Of a stretch of DNA of 64,000 nucleotides, positions 34,997-44,903 are shown piece by piece. The notes beneath the pieces are model-generated. The model was not told the DNA's origin and made no database searches. It saw nothing but the letters and a program-made list of their open reading frames with translations. How positions within the stretch are numbered: the stretch's first letter is position 1; each line of letters begins with the position of its first letter. The DNA is from a virus. A program made the position numbers and the translations under genes. The stretch lies in the IMG/VR virus record IMGVR_UViG_3300033074_002003; one strand, written 5' to 3'.

Positions 34997-35371
34997 ATGA
35001 AAAAGATCGCCGACATGATGCGCTCTGAGCTCATAGCTGAGGTAGCACGCCTGCGCGCACATGTCGGCGCACTCGAGGACAAGCTGAGGTCGCAGGTTGA
35101 GGAGTGTGAGCTCCTGAGATCTCAGAACGATTACCTGCAAGAACTCCTTGAAGAGGACAAGAGCAACCACGCGAGGACGCTTCCTGTCCCGTCTGACGGA
35201 CCGACAACGCGCCCGTCCTCGCCCAGGGCAATTCACCTCGACGAGCTTGCTGCTGCGCTTGAGGCGTCAGAGACAGCGCGCAAAGAGCGCGCGAGCGAGG
35301 CATGCCCGCTGTGTGGGAAGACTGAGATCCACGCTCACGAGTTTGAGTGGGACGATGAAGACGTCAACTGA
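34997..35371 (+). CDS. Coiled-coil protein (124 aa)
   Basis: Leu/Glu heptads. Confidence 0.45.
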   Translation: MKKIADMMRSELIAEVARLRAHVGALEDKLRSQVEECELLRSQNDYLQELLEEDKSNHARTLPVPSDGPTTRPSSPRAIHLDELAAALEASETARKERASEACPLCGKTEIHAHEFEWDDEDVN

Positions 35372-35439
35372 TACCGCGTGAATTCACACCGCCCGTGTGG
35401 TAATTTGTCACCTGCAGCGCACAGAGCGCAGGAGGAAAC

Positions 35440-36582
35440 ATGACCGATTTTGCCACTAGCGGGAACCGTGAGATCGTCATTTCGTTCGACGATACGGGCA
35501 GCATGCACACGATCAGGGCGCGCGTGCGTCGCCACGTCAACGATCTTACGAGGCGGCTCTTCTCGACGGATCCAAGCATTCGCCTGGGAGTCGTGGCACA
35601 CGGTGACTACTGTGACGACCTCGATTCGAATCGCAGGGCACACGGCTTCTACCTCATGAAGTCGTGCCCGCTCACGAACGATCCCATGGCGATCTCGAGG
35701 TTCATCAACGAGGTGGGTCCGACGGGCGGCTGTGGCCCTTACGCGGCGTACGAGTACGTCCTCAACAAGATGCGTACCTTCAACTGGACTGCCGGCATCT
35801 CGAAGGCGATCGTGCTCATCGGCGACGAGCCCCCGCACGACACGTCGTGGCCCGAAATGCGATCGCTGGTGGGTCACACCATCGACTGGCGCAACGAGGC
35901 GGCGATCCTGCGCGACGCGGGCATCAAGGTCTTCGCGGTCCAGGCCCTTCGCAAGGGATACGCGACGCCGTTCTATCGCGATCTCGCGCAGATGACGAAC
36001 GGCTTTTACCTCGAGCTCGACCAGTTCGACAGCATCGTCGAGATCATCGAGGCGATCGCGATGAAGCAAGTGAGCGACGATCACCTCACCTCGTTCGAGG
36101 AGAGGCTCCTGCAGCAGGGTAGGATGAATCGAAACCTCGATAGCGTCATCGGAACGCTCTCGGGTCGCACTCCCGCAGTCCAGTCGAAGTTCGCCCAGAA
36201 GTGGGGTGGCGGGCCGAGCCTCGACGCTGTGGTGCCAGGTCGCTTCCAGTCGATGCTCGTGTACAACGACACCGTGATCAAGGGCTTCGTGGAGGAGAAC
36301 GCGCTGAAGTTCGAGAAGGGCAAGGGCTTCTACGAGCTCACGAAGTCCGAGACGATCCAGCCCTACAAGGAGATCGTGCTCGAGGACAAGAACACGGGTG
36401 ACATGTTCACGGGTCGCAAGGCGCGAGATCTCATCGGGCTCGCGCAGGACCAGGAGGTCTCTTTCACCTCTACGCGCAAGTCGTGGTCGAGCCAGTACCG
36501 CGTCTTCGTGCAGTCCACGTCCTACAATCGCAAGCTCGTCGCTGGGACGCGATTCCTGTACGAGGTCGACCAGAACGCGTGA
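35440..36582 (+). CDS. von Willebrand factor A (vWA) domain protein
   Basis: MIDAS DxTxS in IVISFDDTGSMH. Rossmann-like alternation. SD GGAGGAAAC upstream. The 430-aa antisense ORF is an artefact. Confidence 0.6.
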   Translation: MTDFATSGNREIVISFDDTGSMHTIRARVRRHVNDLTRRLFSTDPSIRLGVVAHGDYCDDLDSNRRAHGFYLMKSCPLTNDPMAISRFINEVGPTGGCGPYAAYEYVLNKMRTFNWTAGISKAIVLIGDEPPHDTSWPEMRSLVGHTIDWRNEAAILRDAGIKVFAVQALRKGYATPFYRDLAQMTNGFYLELDQFDSIVEIIEAIAMKQVSDDHLTSFEERLLQQGRMNRNLDSVIGTLSGRTPAVQSKFAQKWGGGPSLDAVVPGRFQSMLVYNDTVIKGFVEENALKFEKGKGFYELTKSETIQPYKEIVLEDKNTGDMFTGRKARDLIGLAQDQEVSFTSTRKSWSSQYRVFVQSTSYNRKLVAGTRFLYEVDQNA

Positions 36583-36800
36583 CCTACAAACGAGGTCGCA
36601 ACGACTACGATACGGACGAGCGGACACGGGCCGTAGATTCGCACCTGCTCTACGCCCGCGTCGGCGACCTCGTCTATGATTCCGTATACCTCGTCGCAGG
36701 TGTGGTTCTCAGAACAGAATACACGCACGTAGTACTGTTCTTGATGGACGACGGGTGCCCTTTCAACGTTCCGATCGAGTACGTGCGGAGACTCGCGTAA
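36578..36800 (+). CDS. RVGDL-family paralog (GTG start, 73 aa)
   Basis: ARVGDLVYDSVYLVAGVVLRTE...VRRLA. Confidence 0.35.
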
Positions 36801-36804
36801 GTTA

Positions 36805-36821
36805 CCTATTTAGCTCTCGTG
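36805..36821 (+). promoter_or_regulatory. Late-type leaderless promoter CCTATTTAGCTCTC-GTG
   Basis: Matches the late motif. Confidence 0.45.
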
Positions 36822-37715
36822 TCGGAAAAGTTGACGCTACGAGAGCTGCTGGGTACTGACAGCGCGAATCTGGTGACGGAGCGCGAGTTTCGCGACCAGA
36901 ATTTTTGCAGGTATGAGAGACTGGTGATCCGCTCTCTGCGTCGCGCGGGCATCATCGGAAACATTCGCAGTGCGAACTGCAACGACTCGAACGCCCCTGA
37001 CGCTGACATGGTGGTGGGCGACGAAATCTACTACGTGGAGGTGAAAGCCTCTGATCGCGCTCGAATGGGATCCGCGTCAGTCGGATATTCCTATCTCGAG
37101 CGCGAGTTCTATTCGACTGGTCTCAACGTCGAGCTGAGCGAACTCGTTGTGTCGCTACTTGAGACTTCGTCGTCGACGCTCAAGAAATCGCTAGATCGCC
37201 TCGTGCGAGCGGTCGCGGTCGGATCGCCTGACAGGAAGCGCGTCCTCAGGGGCTTTCCGATGAGCGGATTCACCGCATCAGCGTGGTCAGGCGCGCGCGA
37301 AGCGGGACTGTTGCAACCGCTTAACTCGCAGTTCGAGGGAAGCATAGACATCATCGGTTCGCACTACGCCCGCAAAGGCGTTTCATACATCCAGGTGGGC
37401 GGCCGCGGCCTGTTCTACCTCTCTTCGAACCCGGCGAACCTACCCGTTCCGAAACTAGAGGGTACAGTCGTCCTAGAGGTTACGGTGAGCAAAGCCGGCG
37501 ATATTCCGGGTCGCGAGACGTCTCGTGCGGCGATCCGCGTGCACCCGCGCATCGAAATTTCGGGAGAATCTCCCTACACGCTCGACGATCCCGCGAGCGT
37601 CATTGCGCTCATTGCCGCGACGGAAAATGTAAATCCGCCGCAGGGGGCTGTACAATCCCCCAATGGGATCTCGAATTCTCGCGCAGGGCGTCCTGGAGCA
37701 ACTGTCAGTTCGTGA
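36819..37715 (+). CDS. PD-(D/E)XK nuclease-fold protein (tentative)
   Basis: DADMVVGDEIYYVEVKA (D...E-V-K). Confidence 0.35.
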   Translation: MSEKLTLRELLGTDSANLVTEREFRDQNFCRYERLVIRSLRRAGIIGNIRSANCNDSNAPDADMVVGDEIYYVEVKASDRARMGSASVGYSYLEREFYSTGLNVELSELVVSLLETSSSTLKKSLDRLVRAVAVGSPDRKRVLRGFPMSGFTASAWSGAREAGLLQPLNSQFEGSIDIIGSHYARKGVSYIQVGGRGLFYLSSNPANLPVPKLEGTVVLEVTVSKAGDIPGRETSRAAIRVHPRIEISGESPYTLDDPASVIALIAATENVNPPQGAVQSPNGISNSRAGRPGATVSS

Positions 37716-38883
37716 GCTGGAGGAGAGGTGGGGCGTAAACATCAGCGTCTCTGGCTCGCGCCCACGTAAGTTCAGCATCAACTACGACCAGATCGAGAGC
37801 AAGCCGAGCCCGCTGGTGAACGAGTGCCGTGGAGTGGTCCTCCTCGCGAACAGGGAGTTGCCACGCCTCAAGTCAGAGCTCGCAGACGTGATCATCGGTG
37901 AGACGCAGTTGCTCGCTCGCCCGTTCGATCGCTTCTTCAATCACGGCGATCCGAACGCCGCGAACATCGACTGGGACGATCCTGGGCTCACTGTCGTCGA
38001 GAAGCTCGATGGCACTCTCGCGATCGTGTACTACGACGACCCTGCGAGCGAGTGGTGCATGGCGACGCGCTCTGTCCCAGACGCCGACCTCCCGTTCGAC
38101 GGTGGCAGCATGACGTTCAGGAAGCTGTTCGACCGAGCGCTCGTCGAGACGACCGGTAGCGACTCGCTTGGGTTCTTCATGGACACGACCGACCGCGACC
38201 TCACATTTTGCTTCGAGCTCACGACTCCCCTCAACAGGATCGTCGTAGAGTACAATACGTACGACCTCACTTGGATCGGGACGCGCCACCGCAAGACGGG
38301 TAAGGAGCTGACCTATCGCGATACCTTGAAGCGCGTTGCGCCCCACACCGCGCGGCACATGCCCCCGGCCGCGAAGACGTGGGCAGTTGGGTCGCTCGAG
38401 GAGATCACTGTCGCACTCGAGGCGTCTAGCCCAACAGAGCTCGAGGGCGTCGTTGTCGTCGACAGCGAGTTCCAAAGGCTGAAGATCAAGTCGCTTGCGT
38501 GGCTCTCGGCCAACAAGGCGAAGTCGTCGTGCTCGTCACCGCGCGCGATCCTGACACTGATCCTGCAGGAGAAGATCGACGACGTGCTTCCCCTGCTGCC
38601 GCCCGACATTTGCCTCACCGTTGACCGCATGAAGGCCTCACTCACCGAGCTGTATCACACCACCGACAGGCGGTACAGTGAGTTTCTAGCGGCCTCTGGG
38701 GGCAACAGAAAGGCCTTCGCACTGTCCGTGCAGGCTGACCCAAGCGTGTGGCCCGCGGCAATGTTTGGGCTGTACGTGAAGCCGCAGTCGATGCGCGAGT
38801 GGGTTGCCTCGCGCGGCGGCGAAGGCGGGTGGCCCGATTCGTTCCTCGACAACATCCTGAAGGCGATCGGTGAGAAGCAGTGA
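37663..38883 (+). CDS. ATP-dependent RNA ligase (Rnl-like nucleotidyltransferase)
   Basis: Motif I KLDGT, motif IV EGVVVVD, motif V LKIKS. The true start may lie downstream of 37663, because this frame overlaps the previous gene. Confidence 0.55.
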   Translation: MGSRILAQGVLEQLSVRELEERWGVNISVSGSRPRKFSINYDQIESKPSPLVNECRGVVLLANRELPRLKSELADVIIGETQLLARPFDRFFNHGDPNAANIDWDDPGLTVVEKLDGTLAIVYYDDPASEWCMATRSVPDADLPFDGGSMTFRKLFDRALVETTGSDSLGFFMDTTDRDLTFCFELTTPLNRIVVEYNTYDLTWIGTRHRKTGKELTYRDTLKRVAPHTARHMPPAAKTWAVGSLEEITVALEASSPTELEGVVVVDSEFQRLKIKSLAWLSANKAKSSCSSPRAILTLILQEKIDDVLPLLPPDICLTVDRMKASLTELYHTTDRRYSEFLAASGGNRKAFALSVQADPSVWPAAMFGLYVKPQSMREWVASRGGEGGWPDSFLDNILKAIGEKQ

Positions 38884-39278
38884 GTCACTCTCCATTTCCG
38901 AAGTACGTGAAGCATGCTATCGATCTCGTTAGCGAGCACACGTATGAGTCGCACCTCGAGTATAACCTCGCAGCCGTAATTGTCGCGGGCGGAAGTGTGC
39001 TGTCTGTCGGGTACAACTCATCGAAGGTGACGAGCTTCATAAGAGCGTTCGGACTCGAGCGCAATCACATGCACGCCGAGTGCGACGCTATCCTCAGTGC
39101 GCGAAACAAGATCGATCTCAACGGATCGAAACTCTATGTCGCGAGGCTGACCCTCAAGCGAGGTGTCGTCGGGAACGCGAAGCCGTGTGACATGTGCATG
39201 CACGCGGCATTCATGTACGGGATCAAGAGGATCTACTACACGGTGAACGAGAACACGTACGCTGTTATCAGACCGTGA
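38880..39278 (+). CDS. CDA-fold zinc deaminase (TadA / dCMP deaminase-like)
   Basis: HAECDAI (HAE) and PCDMCMHAAFMYGIKRIYY (PCxxC) zinc motifs. N-terminal helix resembles TadA. Confidence 0.65.
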   Translation: MSHSPFPKYVKHAIDLVSEHTYESHLEYNLAAVIVAGGSVLSVGYNSSKVTSFIRAFGLERNHMHAECDAILSARNKIDLNGSKLYVARLTLKRGVVGNAKPCDMCMHAAFMYGIKRIYYTVNENTYAVIRP

Positions 39279-39281
39279 AGC

Positions 39282-41897
39282 TTACATTCCGATGTTGAAT
39301 TTCTGCCCAAAGTATTTCATGACTTTGAACACTTGATCTGGACGCAGTGCTGGGCTGTAAATAGCTATCGCGGCTATAGAGCCTGACAGTCCAAACGTCG
39401 GCGATGTTACGGGTCGAGCGTTCCCTCGTGCGCCGATGTACATGGTGTCTGTACATACATTCGATGTGCCAGGGTCATTTGTCGTTCCGTCGTTCATTCT
39501 TTCGTCGACATTTCGGACAAAAAGTCGATGCGATGCGTGTGTACCGTTAAATTGGTGTACAAGCACGGTGGGATACGTCTGTTGGGCGCCCCACGATCCA
39601 CCGTAAGTGTTGTCTTTAGTGGATTGAACGCCAGCTCTTTTCACCAGTGCAGAACTTCCGATACCAGTGTACAGGTATGAAGCGCTGGTGAATGACAGCT
39701 GATTGGGGGTGTGCTCGTAAATGAATCCAGAGTTGTTTTTTGTAGACAGCACGAAGAACATTGAAAATGAAGACAGTGCCATAGGCAGGGACGATGTCAG
39801 TATTTGTGCTGCTTGAAATTCCACCGTGGGCAGGTTTCCCCAATCAAAATTCGCTGGCTGCCAAATTGGTTGAAGAGCTTTGGTTGCTATTCCGAGGTGA
39901 TTGCTACCCGTGCTTAGGTCGCGCCACTCGCGGACGCTGGGCGTTCCTGTGCCGTCTAGTGTGATGCTGCCTGTTTGCGCTTCATACCAGCCTACAAGCC
40001 CAGGAAAGTCAGCTGGTGAACCCGCGACGAACGATGAGCTGATTATGATCTGGCTCTGCGAGCCAGTTGTTATCGTGATTCCATTAGAAGCTGTTAGCAA
40101 CAACGTGCTGCTACTTCCTCCGCCACCATCATTCAGAACAACAGAAGAGCTGACGTGATACTTGTACAGCCCAGTTTGGTAGAGCGTCATGATCTCGTCT
40201 GCTGTCCTAGCACACGTTTCTATTCTTACGTCGTCAATAGACCCGGAGTAGTATTCACCGGACGCGGGATTGCCGCCAATGAGCCAGTCTCCGCTACCGT
40301 TTGTTACGGGTCCGCTAACTGCTACTGTTGCGGCAAATTCGCCATTGACATACCCTCTGAGCCTATCGCCGGTCCAAACAAGAGCTAGATGATTCCAGCG
40401 ATCATAGGCTATCTTGTAATCGACGAGCGTTGTTACCGTCGTTCCGTTGAGACGAAATTCGATCAAGCGATTGTCTGACAAGGCTTGGTACATCGAAAGT
40501 GGCGAAGCAAAGGGCGAAGTGTGTGTTCCTGTCGCGTGTTGTTTTGCTATGATGCTACGCCACGCATTTGTTCCGACAAATGCGGGCTTAATCCAGAGGT
40601 GAACAGTCAGTCTGCTTAGAGCTGCAAGGCTTCCCCAACGGGCCCCGCCCGCATATGACGATCCGTTGAATCCGATACCATTGTTGTACATGGCACCGCT
40701 AGTGAGATTTGTTACGCCGACATTCGTGCCTGTAAGGTGCCACGAACCCGTAGTGCCAGTATCAGCGAAACTAAGCCCACTCGTCTCGTCAAATTTCCAG
40801 TGAACCAGCGTTTGGCTTCCCGCCGCGGGATAAATGGGAGAAAATTTAGCAGCTGCAGAGCTTCCCCCGGTGGAACTGATGACAATTTGCCCGTTAGATT
40901 GTGATGTAATCGTAACGTTTGATCCCGCGACCAGATATGACACACCGGATGTCGTCTGTTGTAGCGAACCAGAGAGTCCATTTCCCGCATTGACGACGCC
41001 GCGAAATGTGGAGCCAGACAGGCTCGCGAAGATCGCGTCGTTCACACCGACCGTGACGCTGCTGTTTGCACCGCCGTCAGCGATATACGCTCCGACTCCC
41101 GCTGTTAGCGCTCTTTCGGCCGTTAGAGTGCCGTCGTTTCCGATTGTGACATAAGCAGATCCGATCGGTGCTCCGCTCCCACCTCCCGTACCGTTTGACG
41201 CGGACGTGATTCTACCTTTTGCATCTACAGCAAATCCAGCGTTTGTATACGTTCCGGCAACTACTGTCGTCGAGGAGAGCCCTAGCGTGACGCTGCTGTT
41301 TGCGCCACCGTCAGCGAGCGAGAGGTCAGAGCTTACTGCGAGGGCGCGTTCCTGTGTCAACGAACCGTTATTTGTGAGCGTAACGTACGTAGCATTTGTC
41401 GGAGCGCCGCCTCCACCGCCCGCGGTGTTTGACACGAAAATCACAGACCATTCAGTGCCGGTCCACATGAACCCAACACCCAAATAATCTAGTGTCAACT
41501 CATAAGATGTGGCACCGTCGATCGTTTTTGTTCCGGAAGGAATGACACGTGGGACGATCGTCGCCGCGGTACCCCCGACGTCTTTCACGACGTGGAGCTG
41601 CCCGATAGCAGGATCGCTGGGCAACATGACGTCGAACCTATTTCCGGACGAGTCATATCCTGACGCTGGCGCGACGCAGATCGTAACGTCGCTCTTCCGA
41701 ACTGCTACGGGCCCGCGCGTCTTCGAAACAGACTGCAGTGATAGGCCCGTTCGCAGCACGGTCGTCGCGTCTGGTCCGTCGGCGTTCGTTCCGACGTGAA
41801 GCGAGTTCGGGAAGATGATCCTCATGATCTTCCCGTCCTTCGATTCAACGAGGTACGGCGAAGTTTTGAGGTCCTGTATCGTGGGATTGATCTTCAC
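39282..41897 (-). CDS. Tail fibre protein with LamG/ConA-like domain and internal tandem repeats
   Basis: LTVHLWIKP...WNHLALVWTGDRLRGYVNGEF (LamG). Repeated ~70-aa Gly/Ser/Thr-rich segments. GTG start directly after the late motif. Confidence 0.65.
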   Translation of the reverse strand: MKINPTIQDLKTSPYLVESKDGKIMRIIFPNSLHVGTNADGPDATTVLRTGLSLQSVSKTRGPVAVRKSDVTICVAPASGYDSSGNRFDVMLPSDPAIGQLHVVKDVGGTAATIVPRVIPSGTKTIDGATSYELTLDYLGVGFMWTGTEWSVIFVSNTAGGGGGAPTNATYVTLTNNGSLTQERALAVSSDLSLADGGANSSVTLGLSSTTVVAGTYTNAGFAVDAKGRITSASNGTGGGSGAPIGSAYVTIGNDGTLTAERALTAGVGAYIADGGANSSVTVGVNDAIFASLSGSTFRGVVNAGNGLSGSLQQTTSGVSYLVAGSNVTITSQSNGQIVISSTGGSSAAAKFSPIYPAAGSQTLVHWKFDETSGLSFADTGTTGSWHLTGTNVGVTNLTSGAMYNNGIGFNGSSYAGGARWGSLAALSRLTVHLWIKPAFVGTNAWRSIIAKQHATGTHTSPFASPLSMYQALSDNRLIEFRLNGTTVTTLVDYKIAYDRWNHLALVWTGDRLRGYVNGEFAATVAVSGPVTNGSGDWLIGGNPASGEYYSGSIDDVRIETCARTADEIMTLYQTGLYKYHVSSSVVLNDGGGGSSSTLLLTASNGITITTGSQSQIIISSSFVAGSPADFPGLVGWYEAQTGSITLDGTGTPSVREWRDLSTGSNHLGIATKALQPIWQPANFDWGNLPTVEFQAAQILTSSLPMALSSFSMFFVLSTKNNSGFIYEHTPNQLSFTSASYLYTGIGSSALVKRAGVQSTKDNTYGGSWGAQQTYPTVLVHQFNGTHASHRLFVRNVDERMNDGTTNDPGTSNVCTDTMYIGARGNARPVTSPTFGLSGSIAAIAIYSPALRPDQVFKVMKYFGQKFNIGM

Positions 41898-41911
41898 GTG
41901 TCTAAATAGCG
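41898..41911 (-). promoter_or_regulatory. Late leaderless promoter CGCTATTTAGACAC-GTG
   Basis: Motif shared with 49576-49590, 53468-53483, 33331 and 36805. Confidence 0.55.
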
Positions 41912-41915
41912 ATCA

Positions 41916-44903
41916 TCAGCTCAATACGAATGGCGCGGCGAGCGACGTGCCGAGGCGGGCGTATAGAATCGGATTTCTGTTTGTTGACACTCCATCAACG
42001 AAAGGCAACGATGATGTCGCTTCCAGCGATAGGTTAGAACAGCTCGTTGATTCTGGATCTACTGACACTCCGTCGGTGCCGACGAATCTGGCAGACACGG
42101 GAGACGTCTGCCTGCCGATGATGCCGCCGAACGTACCGTCAGACTTGTACCCGACAGTATCGTAGAAAGAAGAATACGCGCGCTGCTCGAGCATATCACG
42201 CACGTGTCCAAATCGATCTCTTCTGAAAATGGCGCGTGAGTACTGCGGGACGCCGTTCAGAATACCGTATTTCCAGCCGCGAATTTCAACTCCGACAATA
42301 GCTGTCGCCGAACCACCGCCAGTGTATACAGTAGCAGACATTCTCTTTCTGAACCGCGGAAACGATGTACACCCGTAAGGAACATCGGGATAATCTGGAT
42401 CTGCAACGTGCGAATCATTCATCGTATTCTCGTCGCCGATACCAAAGAAAAATTTGTTGATGTCATTCTTGGATGCCGCAACGAGCTGCGTACCAGCGTA
42501 GACATTGCTATCACCAAACAGTGCGGGTGAACGGCCCGTCTCGAACAGTAGCGCGGCACCAATTGTTTCGGGACGAACTTCTACAATTGCAGCTGTCACC
42601 ATTTTGTTCGCGCCCTTGAAGCGTTTGACTTCTAGCTTCCTGTCGAGCGTAGAATATTGTGGAGCGAACGGGTATCCTTTGCTAAATTCATAGTCAGCAC
42701 GCAGTACACCTTTAGCGTCAACAGCAAGAGTGATTACGTCATCTCCGGGAATAGCAGCATTGGCAAACGAGTTCCAGCCCATCCACGCTCTGGCACCATC
42801 AGCGAGAGCAATTTCGTCAACGCCCGGAACCATCGAATCCCAGAACCTCTCGTTCGGTGACGAGGCTTGCGCAAATAGTTGCGTGCCCGCGACGATTTCA
42901 TACGGGTATTTGAGGCGGTCTGAGAGCATCTGCGAAGTTGCGATCGACGATGTGATGGATGATCTCGATCCAATCGCTCCGCGAGCACTTGAACCGTTGA
43001 CCAGCGCGGCGCTGCCCGTAACGTAGACATCTGTGTATGATCCACTGTATGTAGACCGCGCTTCAAGGTTCCACTGATCGACGACAGGTGATCCGACGAT
43101 TGTTGAGTAGTGAACTGCGTTGGATGTCACGTTCTGGTTCAGCGTATCGTGAAACTCTGCCTGCTCTCTCACCTGAGAGCCGAACAGTGTCATCTTGATC
43201 GTTCCTACTGGAATGGTAACGTCGTGCGACGCCGTGAGTGGGAACGAGTTGTAAGAAGCCGAAACTGTCTGCTCTTGCGGCGAAGAGTGATACTTTGACA
43301 CAACGAGGACGAGATTGTCTGTTGACGTCAAGAGATACGGCGAAATTACGTTTCCCTGAACGTTCTGAATCGCGAGATCGCTTAGACTTCCGGACGCTGT
43401 TCCGTATACATCGAGGCGCGCGCCCAACTCTTTGAGGCGTACAATTTTTGAGTTACCAGGAGATCCCACGTCACGACCAAATATCGATCTTCCTGAAACC
43501 TCACCTGACTTGCTTCTTCCGAAAGGAGAAACCGTGTAAACGTAACCCGCTGGTTCACTCTGAAATGGAGACAGTGGAGCTGTCGTCGTCGTATAAGACG
43601 CATAATCAGCGTACGTGCGGAAATAGGGCTTCATGTACACGAGGCCATTTGACACACGCGCTTCCATGTCAAATCTCAACGTACCAGCGAATTGGTGTGA
43701 GCTGCCTGAGGGAATTACTACAGTTGGTTTTGCGCCGAGAGCCGTAAATCCTTGAACTGAACGGTACTGCTTGTACCCGGGTGCTGGCGCGAATGGTGGT
43801 ACAGACGTCGAGCGAATGATTTCAGACGTATCATCTCCTTGCGGGATGATTGATGCTGACATGATTAGTTCTCGGCGCGTGGGCGAAATCTGATTGAACA
43901 GTGAAACCATGACACACGGTCCACCGAGACCCAAACAAGTTTCGTCATTCACACCGTGCGATTGCGCGACGCGTGTCCTATCATTGAACCAGTTACTGCC
44001 CGCCTGAAAAGGAAATTCAAGTGTCGCCCTTTCGAGAAGAAATGGCGTATCAGAAAAATCACCGACGTTAAATGACTGTGATGTCGACGCGGCGTATTTT
44101 GAATTTCGCGTGACGCCAGCATCATCATTTGATATTAGCGTTTCGACGCCCTCTTCCTGAAGTGCATTTGAGTAGAATGGCGCAAAACGAGCATATGATG
44201 CGAATGAGTATACGTCAGAGATGTATGACACCATCTTCCCGAACGCGCCCGAAGACGCGTAATTGCCGAGAGCGTCAAAAAACTTCACATCGAGGAATGG
44301 GTACGAAAATGCAAAACGTGATGGTGTCCCCTGAATGATCGGATTCGGATCTGTCTTCTCAGAGGGAGCGATTTCTTGGAACGTGCCTTCAACCTTGTTG
44401 TAGTAGTACGCGCTGGACGTAAGTGGATCTAGCGTCACGGCTGTCTTTACAGGAAGCTCAAATCGTATCTTTGTCTTCTCACCGAGCGGGGCTTTGAACC
44501 CAAGCCCTAGCTCACTGACGTTGCTGCCCGTTCGATACATGACACTCGACTTATCGAGGTCCTGTTCGTGCAGGCCCAATTCGATGAATGGTTTGTACGT
44601 GCTGAGTGTTCTAGTGACCGTGACGAAATTTTCTGCCACGCCTTGTGTGAATGAACCGACAGCAGAAATGCTACTCGTGAGGTCAGACGCGAGATTTCTG
44701 TTGTCTGTTGGCAGTGTTGTCGGGTACGAAACAGTTCTGCTTCGCGAGTAGATCAACGTGTCGTTGTCGTTGAACGGACCACCAGATGTACCGATGCGAG
44801 GATCGCCCGTCCTGCGTGTGTGTGGGTACCTCGACTCAGCGTTGTCGAGATTTCTCAGCGTTGTCCTGGGCAGAAGTCGTCTCATGTTAGAATTTGAACC
44901 CAC
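41916..44903 (-). CDS. Large virion structural protein (995 aa)
   Basis: Ser/Thr/Gly/Asn-rich beta protein in the late operon. No enzymatic motif seen. Confidence 0.5.
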   Translation of the reverse strand: MGSNSNMRRLLPRTTLRNLDNAESRYPHTRRTGDPRIGTSGGPFNDNDTLIYSRSRTVSYPTTLPTDNRNLASDLTSSISAVGSFTQGVAENFVTVTRTLSTYKPFIELGLHEQDLDKSSVMYRTGSNVSELGLGFKAPLGEKTKIRFELPVKTAVTLDPLTSSAYYYNKVEGTFQEIAPSEKTDPNPIIQGTPSRFAFSYPFLDVKFFDALGNYASSGAFGKMVSYISDVYSFASYARFAPFYSNALQEEGVETLISNDDAGVTRNSKYAASTSQSFNVGDFSDTPFLLERATLEFPFQAGSNWFNDRTRVAQSHGVNDETCLGLGGPCVMVSLFNQISPTRRELIMSASIIPQGDDTSEIIRSTSVPPFAPAPGYKQYRSVQGFTALGAKPTVVIPSGSSHQFAGTLRFDMEARVSNGLVYMKPYFRTYADYASYTTTTAPLSPFQSEPAGYVYTVSPFGRSKSGEVSGRSIFGRDVGSPGNSKIVRLKELGARLDVYGTASGSLSDLAIQNVQGNVISPYLLTSTDNLVLVVSKYHSSPQEQTVSASYNSFPLTASHDVTIPVGTIKMTLFGSQVREQAEFHDTLNQNVTSNAVHYSTIVGSPVVDQWNLEARSTYSGSYTDVYVTGSAALVNGSSARGAIGSRSSITSSIATSQMLSDRLKYPYEIVAGTQLFAQASSPNERFWDSMVPGVDEIALADGARAWMGWNSFANAAIPGDDVITLAVDAKGVLRADYEFSKGYPFAPQYSTLDRKLEVKRFKGANKMVTAAIVEVRPETIGAALLFETGRSPALFGDSNVYAGTQLVAASKNDINKFFFGIGDENTMNDSHVADPDYPDVPYGCTSFPRFRKRMSATVYTGGGSATAIVGVEIRGWKYGILNGVPQYSRAIFRRDRFGHVRDMLEQRAYSSFYDTVGYKSDGTFGGIIGRQTSPVSARFVGTDGVSVDPESTSCSNLSLEATSSLPFVDGVSTNRNPILYARLGTSLAAPFVLS

